The notes under the pieces are model-generated. The model saw only the letters and a list, made by a program, of their open reading frames with translations. It was not told the DNA's origin and did no database searches. From Pristiophorus japonicus (Eukaryota): a DNA stretch of 64,000 nt. Both the position numbers and the translations under genes were made by a program. How positions within the stretch are numbered: position 1 is the first letter of the stretch; the number at the start of each line of letters is the position of its first letter. This document shows positions 53,325-63,200 of the stretch, one piece after another. The stretch is from NCBI RefSeq assembly GCF_044704955.1, contig NC_091982.1, forward strand, positions 131,998,001 through 132,062,000. Direction: 5' to 3'.

Positions 53325-54951
53325 TGCATGTTACGGAGAGTTTCCGGGCTGTGTGCAGGATGTGTAATGAGTGTGTACCGAGTGTGTACGGGGTGTGTAC
53401 AGAGTGTGTACGGAGCGTGGACGGTGTGTGTACGAGGTGTGCATGGGGTCTGTTCTGGGTCTGTATGCAGCATGTAGCGGGTGTTTATGGAGCAAGTACG
53501 GGGCATGTAGTAGCGTGTACGGGGTCTGTGTGGAGCGTGTATGGAGCATGTAGAGAGTGTGTGCACAGTTTGTACGGTGTCTGTAAGAATATGTACGGAG
53601 TTTGTACGGGGTGTGTGCAGGGTGTGTACGGGGTCTGTACAGAGCATGTCCTGGGTGTGTACTGAGTGTGTCCGGGGTGTGTACGGGGTATGTACTGAGT
53701 GTGTACGGGGCGTGTACGGGGTCTGTACTGAGAGTTTACGGGTTGTGTACAGTGTCTGTACGGAGTGTGTACGGAGTGTATGCGGGGTCTTTACGGAGTG
53801 TATACGGGTTGTGTATGGGTGTGCACTGAGTGTGTACTGAGTGTGTACTGAGTGTGTATGGGGTGTGTATGGGGTGTATACGGGTTGTGTACGGAGTGTG
53901 CACTGAGTGTGTACTAAGTGTGTATGGGGTGTGTATGGGGTGTGTACGGGGTGTGTACGGAGTGTATACGGTGTGAGTACAGAGTGTGTAGGGAGTGTGT
54001 GTACGGAGTGTGTAGGGAGTTTGTATGGAGTGTGTACAGGGTGTGTATGAAGTGTGTACGGTGTGTGTACGAGGTGTGTACGGAGTGTGTAGGGTGTGTG
54101 TGTAGGGAGTGTGTATGGAGTGTATACGGAGTGTTTACGGAGTGTATACGGAGTGTGTACAGAGTGTGTACGGAGTGTGTATGGGGTGTGTTCAGAGTGT
54201 GTATGGTGTGTTTATGGTGTGTGTACGGGGTGTGTAGGGAGAGTTTAGGGAGTGTGTAGGGAGTGTGTAGGTAGTGTGTGTAGGAAGTGTGTCGGGAGTG
54301 TGTGGGAGTGTGTGTACGGAGTGTGTTGGGAGTGTGTGTACGGAGTGTGTCGGGAGTGTGTAGGGAGTGTGTAGGGGGTGTGTACGGAGTATGTCGGTAG
54401 TGTGTACGGGATGTGTAGGGAGTGTGTAGTGGGTGTGTACAGAGTGTGTAGGTAGTGTGTACGGGGTGTGTAGAGAGTGTGTACGGAGTGTGTAGGGAGA
54501 GTGTAGGGAGTGTGTACAGGGTGTGTACGGGGTGTGTACAGAGTGTGTAGGGAGTATGTCCGGGGTGTGTACGGAGTGTGTAGGGAGTGTGTACGGGGTG
54601 TATACGGGATGTGTGGGGAGTATGTACGGGGTGTGTGGGGAGTATGTACGGGGTGTGTAGGGAGTGTGTAGGGAGTGTGTAGGGAGTGTGTAGTGGGTGT
54701 GTACGGAGTGTGTAGGGGGTGTGTAGCGGGTGTGCAGGGAGTGTGTAGGGAGTGTGTACGGAGTGTGTAGGGAGAGTCTAGGGAGTGTGTACGGTGTGTG
54801 TACGGGGTGTGTACAGGGTGTGTACGGAGTGTGTAGGGAGTGTGTCGGGAGTGTGTAGGGAGTGTGTACGGAGTGTGTAGGGAGAGTCTAGGGAGTGTGT
54901 ACGGTGTGTGTACGGGGTGTGTACGGGGTGTGTACGGAGTGTGTAGGGAGT
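53325..54951. repeat. Degenerate GT-rich 11-bp minisatellite, consensus GTGTGTACGGA grading to GTGTGTAGGGA, ~145 copies
   Basis: For example gtgtgtaccga-gtgtgtacggg-gtgtgtacaga-gtgtgtacgga at ~53,371-53,414. Most diverged at the left end. 110-bp duplication marked by GGAGAGTCTA at 54,771 and 54,881. Confidence 0.93.
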
Positions 54952-55246
54952 ATAAACGGGATTTATCCGTATCTTACCCATCAAATGTCCTCAAAACTCT
55001 TGCGCCTGAAAAAGCCAGTGCATAGCCAACTGTTACTGGCGTTAGTCTTAAAAACATACAAAAATATAATAATATAAAATTTTTAAAACACATATTTTTA
55101 AAAACCCTGCCCACTTTACATTTATTTTTAACCATAATTTTAAAATCTATTTAACAACTCGGAAACATTTTTTCCTCTAAGACTAACTTCAATTTTAATT
55201 ATGTGAGGTGTGTTTTTTATTTTTTATGAGTGTGTTTGGGTTTTTC

Positions 55247-55301
55247 CCCATTAACAGCAATGAGAACTGGGAGATACGGAGTGCCCGTTGCTATTAATGG
55301 G
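55247..55301. other. Imperfect inverted repeat/hairpin: 22-bp arms, 11-nt loop
   Basis: Left arm CCCATTAACAGCAATGAGAACT versus reverse complement of right arm CCCATTAATAGCAACGGGCACT: 18/22 identical. Confidence 0.85.
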
Positions 55302-55333
55302 AAAGTGTGGAATACTGTACCTGATTGGCTGAG

Positions 55334-56362
55334 CAGGGATCAATCCCCAGTGTGTGGACCCAGGGTCAGGGATCAATCCCCAGTGTGTAGACCCATGGTC
55401 AGGGATCTGACCCCAATGTGTGGACCCAGGGTCAAGGATCAATCCCCAGTGTGTGGACAGAGGGTCAGGGATCAAACCCCAGTGTGTAGACCCATGGTCA
55501 GGGATCTGACCCCAGTGTGTGGATCCAGGGTCAGGGATCAAACCCCAGTGTGTAGACCCAGGGTCAAGGATCAATCCCCAGTGTGTAGACCCATGGTCAG
55601 GGATCAAACCCCAGTGTGTAGACCCAGGGTCAGGGATCAAACCCCAGTGTGTAGACCCAGGGTCAAGGATCAATCCCCAGTGTGTAGACCCATGGTCAGG
55701 GATCAAACCCCAGTGTGTAGACCCAGGGTCAGGGATCAAACCCCAGTGTGTAGACCCAGGGTCAAGGATCAAACCCCAGTGTGTAGACCCAGGGTCAAGG
55801 ATCAATCCCCAGTGTGTAGACCCATGGTCAGGGATCAAACCCCAGTGTGTAGACCCAGGGTCAGGGATCAAACCCCAGTGTGTAGACCCAGGGTCAAGGA
55901 TCAAACACCAGTGTGTAGACCCAGGGTCAGGGATCAAACCCCAGTGTGTAGACCCATGGTCGGGGATCTGACCCCAGTGTGTGGATCCAGGGTCAGGGAT
56001 CAAACCCCAGTGTGTAGACCCAGGGTCAAGGATCAATCCCCAGTGTGTAGACCCATGGTCAGGGATCAAACCCCAGTGTGTAGACCCAGGGTCAGGGATC
56101 AAACCCCAGTGTGTAGACCCAGGGTCAAGGATCAATCCCCAGTGTGTAGACCCATGGTCAGGGATCAAACCCCAGTGTGTAGACCCAGGGTCAGGGATCA
56201 AACCCCAGTGTGTAGACCCAGGGTCAAGGATCAATCCCCAGTGTGTAGACCCAGGGTCAGGGATCAAACCCCAGTGTGTAGACCCATGGTCAGGGATCTG
56301 ACCCCAGTGTGTAGACCCATGGTCAGGGATCTGACCCCAGTGTGTGGATCCAGGGTCAGGGA
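55334..56362. repeat. 33-bp minisatellite, consensus CAGGGATCAAACCCCAGTGTGTAGACCCAGGGT, exactly 31 copies plus terminal CAGGGA
   Basis: CAGGGA at 55,334 and 56,357 (= 31x33 apart, no net indel). 11-aa periodicity in ORFs on both strands. Internal 462-bp (14-unit) duplication (55519/55981). Confidence 0.97.
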
Positions 56363-56514
56363 ACCTGGAGGACGGGAACGCGCTCTGCAGCGCGGGAAGA
56401 GAAGGCCTCCCCACCAGAATCCCACGCTCCTCCCGGACCACCAGGTAAATCCGTAGAAATGTTTCAGGTCGGAGGCAATTGCCCGCGGGAAACCCCCGAA
56501 TGCAATTTCAGCCC

Positions 56515-57042
56515 CATTGTGTACAATTCTGGGCACCGCACTACAGGGAGGATGTCAAGGGCATGGAGAGGGTACGGAGGAGAGTTACGAGAATGGATCC
56601 AGGGATTAGGGACTTCAGTAATGTGGATAGATCGGAGAAGCCAGGGCTGTTCTCCATGGAGCAGAGAAGGTTAAGGGGGTGACTTAATAGAAGTGTTCAA
56701 AATCATGAACGGTTTTGATAGAGTAAATAAGGAGAAACCAATTCCAGTTCCAAAGGGTCGGTAACCAAAGAACACAGAATGAAGGTGATTGGCAAAAGAA
56801 CCCGAGACAAAGTATTTTTAGGCAATGAGTTGTTGTGATCGGAAATACACTGTCTAAAAGGTCGGTGGAAGCAGATTCCATAATAACTTTCAAAAGATAA
56901 TTGGAGCACTACTTGACGGAAAAAAAAATGACAGGGCTACGGGGAAAGAGCCGGGGGAGTGGGATTAATTAGATAGCTCTACCAAAGAGCGGGCACAGGC
57001 ACGAGGGGCCGAGCGGCCTCCTGCGCTGTATCAGTCTCTGAT
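56515..57042 (+). mobile_element. Decayed, 5'-truncated CR1-clade LINE fragment (ORF2 C-terminus plus 3' UTR)
   Basis: Translates as HCVQFWAPHYREDVKGMERVRRRVTRMDPGIRDFSNVDRSEKPGLFSMEQRRLRG, then after a +1 G at 56,675-56,679 DLIEVFKIMNGFDRVNKEK. This matches the CR1 ORF2 tail pattern YCVQFWSP..KD...LERVQRR.T.M...L..LGLFSLE.RRLRGDLIEV.KI. Further frameshifts and in-frame stops follow; likely native stop TAA at 56,966-56,968; CR1-type 3' hairpin GGCC-GAGC-GGCC at 57,007-57,018 and a decayed tail repeat. Confidence 0.92.
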
Positions 57043-57260
57043 CGTTGGGGGAGATTAACGGGTGAGTGGCTGGGATTGGGAGCAGGCAGAAATTCACACA
57101 GTGTCAGGAAGTCTGCTCCAACCCGCGACTTCTGGGTTTTACTGAGGGACAAGGGCTGGGAGACCAATCCAGTGCTCGGAGGTGGGTTGGCATTTTAAAC
57201 CTATTACTGAGGCCTGAGGCCTACGCTTTGAACTGCAGTTCAGGATTTACTGTGGCCGGC
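57043..57260. other. Non-tandem spacer, possibly the start of a second interspersed repeat, leading straight into the 16-bp satellite
   Basis: ~220 bp of unique-looking sequence with no credible ORF, ending GGCCGGC immediately before the first CGGGGTTCCCGGGGCT. Family identity is not established. Confidence 0.3.
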
Positions 57261-60200
57261 CGGGGTTCCCGGGGCTCGGAGTTCCCGGGGCTCGGGGTTC
57301 CTGGGGCTCGGGGTTCCCGGGCTCGGGGTTCCCGGGGCTCGGGGTTCCTGGGGCTCGGCATTCCCGGGGCTCAGGGTTCCTGGGGCTCGGCGTTCCCGGG
57401 GGTTCCCGGGGCTCGGGGTTCTCGGGGCTCGGCGTTCCCGGGGCTTGGGGTTCCCGGGCTCGGGGTTCCCGGGCTCGGGGTTCCTGGGGCTCGGGGTTCC
57501 CGGGCTCGGGGTTCCCGGGGCTCGGGGTTCCCGGGGCTCGAGGTTCCCAGGGTCGGCGTTCCTGGGGCTCGGGGTTCCCTGGTCTCGGCGTTCTCGGGGC
57601 TCGGGGTTCCTGGGGCTCGGCGTTCCCAGGGCTCAGCGTTCCCGGGGCTCGGGGTTCCCAGGGCTCAGCGTTCCCGGGGCTCGGGGTTCCCAGGGCTCAG
57701 CGTTCCCGGGGCTCGGGGATCTCGGGGCTCGGCGTTCCCGGGGCTCGGGGTTCCCGGGCTCGGCGTTCCCGGGGCTCGGGGTTCCCAGGGCTCAGCGTTC
57801 CCGGGGCTCGGGGTTCCCGGGGCTCGGCGTTCCCGGGGCTCGGGGTTCCTGGGGCTCGGCGTTCCCGGGGCTCGGGGTTCCCGGGCTCGGGGTTCCCGGG
57901 GCTCGGGGTTCCTGGGGTTCGGCATTCCCGGGGCTCAGGGTTCCTGGGGCTCGGCGTTCCCGGGGGTTCCCGGGGCTCGGGGTTCCCGGGGCTCGGGGTT
58001 CCCGGGCTCGGGGTTCCCGGGGCTCGGGGTTCCTGGGGTTCGGCATTCCCGGGGCTCAGGGTTCCTGGGGCTCGGCGTTCCCGGGGGTTCCCGGGGCTCG
58101 GGGTTCCCGGGCTCGGGGTTCCCGGGGCTCGGGGTTCCTGGGGTTCGGCATTCCCGGGGCTCAGGGTTCCCGGGCTCGGCGTTCCCAGGGCTCGGGGTTC
58201 CCAGGGCTCAGCGTTCCCGGGGCTCGGGGTTCCCGGGGCTCGGGGTTCCCGGGGCTCGGGGTTCCCGGGGCTCGGCGTTCCCGGGGCTCGGGGTTCCCGG
58301 GGCTCGGGGTTCCCGGGGCTCGGGGTTCCCGGGGCTCGGGGTTCCCGGGGCTCGGCGTTCCCGGGGCTCGGGGTTCCCGGGGCTCGGGGTTCCCGGGGCT
58401 CGGCTTTCCCGGGGCTCGGCGTTCCCGGGGCTCGGGGTTCCCAGGGCTCGGGGTTCCTGGGGCTCGGGGTTCCCGGGGCTCGGGGTTCCCGGGGCTCGGG
58501 GTTCCTGGGGCTTGGGGTTCCCTGGTCTCGGGGTTCTCGGGGCTCGGGGTTCCCGGGGCTCGGCGTTCCCAGGGCTCAGCGTTCCCGGGGCTCGGCGTTC
58601 CCAGGGCTCAGCGTTCCCAGGGCTCGGGGTTCCCGGGGCTCAGCGTTCCTGGGGCTTGGCGTTCCCGGGGCTCGGGGTTCCCGGGGCTCGGGGTTCCCGG
58701 GGCTCGGGGTTCCCGGGGCTCAGCGTTCCTGGGGCTCGGCGTTCCCGGGCTCGGGGTTCCCGGGGGCTCGGGGTTCCCGGGCTCGGGGTTCCCAGTGCTC
58801 GGGGTTCCCGGGGCTCGGGGTTCCCGGGGCTCGGGGTTCTCGGGGCTCGGGGTTCCCGGGCTCGGGGTTCCCAGGGCTCGGGGTTCCCGGGGCTCGGGGT
58901 TCTCGGGGCTCGGGGTTCCCGGGCTCGGGGTTCCCGGGGCTCGGGGTTCTCGGGGCTCGGGGTTCCCGGGCTCGGGGTTCCCGGGCTCGGGGTTCCCGGG
59001 GCTCGGGGTTCTCGGGGCTCGGGGTTCCCGGGCTCGGGGTTCCCAGGGCTCGGGGTTCCCGGGCTCGGGGTTCCCGGGGCTCGGGGTTCTCGGGGCTCGG
59101 GGTTCCCGGGGCTCGGGGTTCCCGGGGCTCGGGGTTCCCGGGGGCTCGGGGTTCCCGGGGCTCAGCGTTCCCAGGGCTCGGGGTTCCCGGGGCTCGGGGT
59201 TCCCCGGGGCTCGGGGTTCCCGGGGCTCAGCGTTCCCAGGGCTCGGGGTTCCCGGGCTCGGGGTTCCCAGGGCTCGGGGTTCCCGGGGGCTCGGGGTTCC
59301 CAGTGCTCGGGGTTCCCGGGGCTCGGGGTTCCCGGGGCTCGGGGTTCTCGGGGCTCGGGGTTCTCGGGGCTCGGGGTTCCCGGGGCTCGGGGTTCCCGGG
59401 GCTCGGGGTTCTCGGGGCTCGGGGTTCCCGGGCTCGGGGTTCTCGGGGCTCGGGGTTCCCGGGGCTCGGGGTTCTCGGGGCTCGGGGTTCCCGGGGCTCG
59501 GGGTTCCCGGGGCTCGGGGTTCTCGGGGCTCGGGGTTCCCGGGCTCGGGGTTCCCGGGGCTCGGGGTTCTCGGTCCTCGGGGTTCCCGGGCTCGGGGTTC
59601 CCGGGCTCGGGGTTCCCGGGGCTCGGGGTTCTCGGGGCTCGGGGTTCCCGGGCTCGGGGTTCTCGGGGCTCGGGGTTCCCGGGGCTCGGGGTTCCCGGGC
59701 TCGGGGTTCCCAGGGCTCGGGGTTCCCGGGGCTCGGGGTTCCCAGGGCTCGGGGTTCCCGGGGCTCGGGGTTCTCGGGGCTCGGGGTTCCCGGGCTCGGG
59801 GTTCCCAGGGCTCGGGGTTCCCGGGGCTCGGGGTTCCCGGGGCTCGGGGTTCCCGGGCTCGGGGTTCCCGGGGCTCGGGGTTCCCGGGCTCGGCGTTCCC
59901 GGGGCTCGGGGTTCCCGGGGCTCGGGGTTCCCGGGCTCGGCGTTCCCGGGGCTCAGCGTTCCCGGGGCTCGGGGTTCCCGGGGCTCGGGTTTCCCGGGGC
60001 TCGGGGTTCCCGGGCTCGGCGTTCCCGGGGCTCAGCGTTCCCAGGGCTCGGGGTTCCCGGGGCTCGGCGTTCCCGGGGCTCGGGGTTCCCGGGGCTCGGG
60101 GTTCCAGGGCTCGGCGTTCCCGGGCTCGGCGTTCCCAGGGCTCAGCGTTCCCGGGGCTCGGCATTCCCGGGGCTCGGCATTCCCAGGGCTCAGCGTTCCC

Positions 60201-63200
60201 GGGGCTCGGCGTTCCCGGGGCTCGGCGTTCCCAGGGCTCAGCGTTCCCGGGGCTCAGCGGTCCCGGGGCTCAGCGTTCCCGGGGATCGGGGTTCCCGGGC
60301 TCGGGTTTCCCAGGGCTCAGCGTTCCTGGGGCTCAGGGTTCCCGGGGCTCGGGGTTCCCGGGGCTCGGGGTTCCCGGGGCTCGGGGTTCCCGGGCTCAGC
60401 ATTCCTGGGGCTCGGCGTTCCCGGGGCTCGGGGTTCCCGGGGCTCGGGGTTCCCGGGGCTCGGGGTTCCCGGGCTCAGCGTTCCTGGGGCTTGGCGTTCC
60501 CGGGGCTCGGGGTTCCCGGGGCTTGGGGTTCCCGGGGCTCGGGGTTCCGGGCTCAGCATTCCTGGGGCTCAGCGTTCCCGGGGCTCGGGGTTCCCGGGGC
60601 TCGATGTTCCTGGGGCTCGGCGTTCCAGGGGCTCGGGGTTCCCGGGGATCGGCGTTCCAGGGGCTCGGGGTTCCCGGGCTCAGCGTTCCTGGGGCTTGGC
60701 GTTCCCGGGGCTCGGGGTTCCCGGGGCTCGGGGTTCCCGGGGCTCGGGGTTCCGGGCTCAGCATTCCTGGGGCTCAGCGTTCCCGGGGCTCGGGGTTCCC
60801 GGGGCTCGGGGTTCCCGGGGCTCGATGTTCCTGGGGCTCGGCGTTCCAGGGGCTCGGGGTTCCCGGGGATCGGCGTTCCAGGGGCTCGGGGTTCCCGGGG
60901 CTCGGGGTTCCCAGGGCTCAGCGTTCCCGGGGCTCGGGGTTCCCGGGCTCGGGGTTCCCAGTGCTCGGGGTTCCCGGGGCTCGGGGTTCCCAGTGCTCGG
61001 GGTTCCCGGGGCTCGCCGTTCCCGGGGCTCGGGGTTCCCAGTGCTCGGGGTTCCCGGGGCTCGCCGTTCCCGGGGCTCGGGGTTCCCGGGGCTCGGGGTT
61101 CCCGGGGCTCGGCGTTCCCGGGGCTCGGGGTTCCCGGGGCTCGCCGTTCTCGGGGCTCGGTGTTCCCAGGGCTCGGGGTTCCCAGGGCTCGGGGTTCCCA
61201 GGGCTCGGGATTCCCGGGGCTCGGGGTTCCCGGGGCTCGGGGTTCCCAGGGCTCAGGGTTCCCAGGGCTCGGGTTTCCCAGGGCTCAGGGTTCCCAGGGC
61301 TCGGCGTTCCCAGGGCTCAGCGTTCCCAGGGCTCGGGGTTCCCGGGGCTCGGGGTTCCCAGGGCTCGGCGTTCCCGGGGCTCGGGGTTCCCAGGGCTCGG
61401 CGTTCCCGGGGATCGGGGTTCCCAGGGCTCGGGGTTCCCGGGGCTCGGCGTTCCCGGGGCTCGGGGTTCCCGGGGCTCGGGGTTCCCGGGCTCGGGGTTC
61501 CAGGATCTCGGCGTTCCCAGGGCTCCGGGTTCCCAGGGCTCGGGGTTCCCGGGGCTCGGGGTTCCCGGGGCTCGGCGTTCCCAGGGCTCAGGGTTCCCAG
61601 GGCTCGGGGTTCCCGGGGCTCGGGGTTCCCGGGGCTCGGCGTTCCCACGGCTCAGGCTTCCCAGGGCTCGGCGTTCCCAGGGCTCAGCGTTCCCAGGGCT
61701 CGGGGTTCCCGCGGCTCGGGGTTCCCAGGGCTCGGCGTTCCCGGGGCTCAGGGTTCCCGGGGCTCGGGGTTCCCGGGGCTCGGGGTTCTCGGGGCTCGGG
61801 GTTCCCGGGCTCGGGGTTCCCAGGGCTCGGGGTTCCCGGGCTCGGGGTTCCCGGGGCTCGGGGTTCTCGGGGCTCGGGGTTCCCGGGCTCGGGGTTCCCA
61901 GGGCTCGGGGTTCCCGGGCTCGGGGTTCCCAGGGCTCGGGGTTCCCGGGGGCTCGGGGTTCCCAGTGCTCGGGGTTCCCGGGGCTCGGGGTTCCCGGGGC
62001 TCGGGGTTCTCGGGGCTCGGGGTTCTCGGGGCTCGGGGTTCCCGGGGCTCGGGGTTCCCGGGGCTCGGGGTTCTCGGGGCTCGGGGTTCCCGGGCTCGGG
62101 GTTCTCGGGGCTCGGGGTTCCCGGGGCTCGGGGTTCTCGGGGCTCGGGGTTCCCGGGGCTCGGGGTTCCCGGGGCTCGGGGTTCTCGGGGCTCGGGGTTC
62201 CCGGGCTCGGGGTTCCCGGGGCTCGGGGTTCTCGGTCCTCGGGGTTCCCGGGCTCGGGGTTCCCGGGCTCGGGGTTCCCGGGGCTCGGGGTTCTCGGGGC
62301 TCGGGGTTCCCGGGCTCGGGGTTCTCGGGGCTCGGGGTTCCCGGGGCTCGGGGTTCCCGGGCTCGGGGTTCCCAGGGCTCGGGGTTCCCGGGGCTCGGGG
62401 TTCCCAGGGCTCGGGGTTCCCGGGGCTCGGGGTTCTCGGGGCTCGGGGTTCCCGGGCTCGGGGTTCCCAGGGCTCGGGGTTCCCGGGGCTCGGGGTTCCC
62501 GGGGCTCGGGGTTCCCGGGCTCGGGGTTCCCGGGGCTCGGGGTTCCCGGGCTCGGCATTCCCGGGGCTCGGGGTTCCCGGGGCTCGGGGTTCCCGGGCTC
62601 GGCGTTCCCGGGGCTCAGCGTTCCCGGGGCTCGGGGTTCCCGGGGCTCGGGGTTCCCGGGGCTCGGGGTTCCCGGGCTCGGCGTTCCCGGGGCTCAGCGT
62701 TCCCAGGGCTCGGGGTTCCCGGGGCTCGGCGTTCCCGGGGCTCGGGGTTCCCGGGGCTCGGGGTTCCAGGGCTCGGCGTTCCCGGGCTCGGCGTTCCCAG
62801 GGCTCAGCGTTCCCGGGGCTCGGCATTCCCGGGGCTCGGCATTCCCAGGGCTCAGCGTTCCCGGGGCTCGGCGTTCCCGGGGCTCGGCGTTCCCAGGGCT
62901 CAGCGTTCCCGGGGCTCAGCGTTCCCGGGGCTCAGCGTTCCCGGGGCTCGGGGTTCCCGGGCTCGGGTTTCCCAGGGCTCAGCGTTCCTGGGGCTCAGGG
63001 TTCCCGGGGCTCGGGGTTCCCGGGGCTCGGGGTTCCCGGGGCTCGGGGTTCCCGGGCTCAGCATTCCTGGGGCTCGGCGTTCCCGGGGCTCGGGGTTCCC
63101 GGGGCTCGGGGTTCCCGGGGCTCGGGGTTCCCGGGCTCAGCGTTCCTGGGGCTTGGCGTTCCCGGGGCTCGGGGTTCCCGGGGCTCGGGGTTCCCGGGGC

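Larger units (their letters stand above)
54952..56515. mobile_element. Putative non-autonomous interspersed element (MITE/DNA-transposon-like), left end not visible, interrupted by the 33-bp minisatellite
   Basis: Non-tandem AT-rich segment with internal inverted repeats (55,247-55,301; weaker ~54,993-55,050), then a GC-rich segment with palindromes GGCAATTGCC and CCCGCGGG, ending in GCAATTTCAGCCCC directly against a truncated CR1. The end motif resembles termini I recall from chondrichthyan repeats (unverified); only one end is present and no TSD can be assigned. Confidence 0.4.

Noticed and set aside
73-53665. Numerous ORFs up to 680 aa (FRYRVDTL, LYLNNVST, VPEQCVYS, VQVQSRHI repeats), superficially like LRR or beta-solenoid proteins
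   Set aside because: The 24-bp unit is a multiple of 3 and stop-free in four of six frames, so overlapping ORFs on both strands are expected. They break at indels and stops, many start at alternative codons, and they have no unique domains.
53331-55077. Cys/Val-rich and Thr/His-rich ORFs (keratin-associated- or metallothionein-like)
   Set aside because: Translations of a GT-rich 11-bp repeat cycling through all frames.
55230-56456. 408-aa (+) and 396-aa (-) ORFs spanning the 33-mer
   Set aside because: The 33-bp unit is open on both strands, and the non-repeat ends are short with no recognisable domain. RNA-seq or proteomics would be needed to revive this.
56479-56682. 67-aa ORF as a functional reverse-transcriptase gene
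   Set aside because: Only the post-RT C-terminal tail of CR1 ORF2, with frameshifts and stops; the catalytic domains are absent.
54952-57260. tRNA, rRNA, SINE or promoter (TATAAA at 54,951, ATTGG at 55,324)
   Set aside because: No cloverleaf, A/B boxes or rRNA similarity recognised. The isolated TATA/CCAAT-like words are expected by chance and are not arranged as a promoter for any supported gene.
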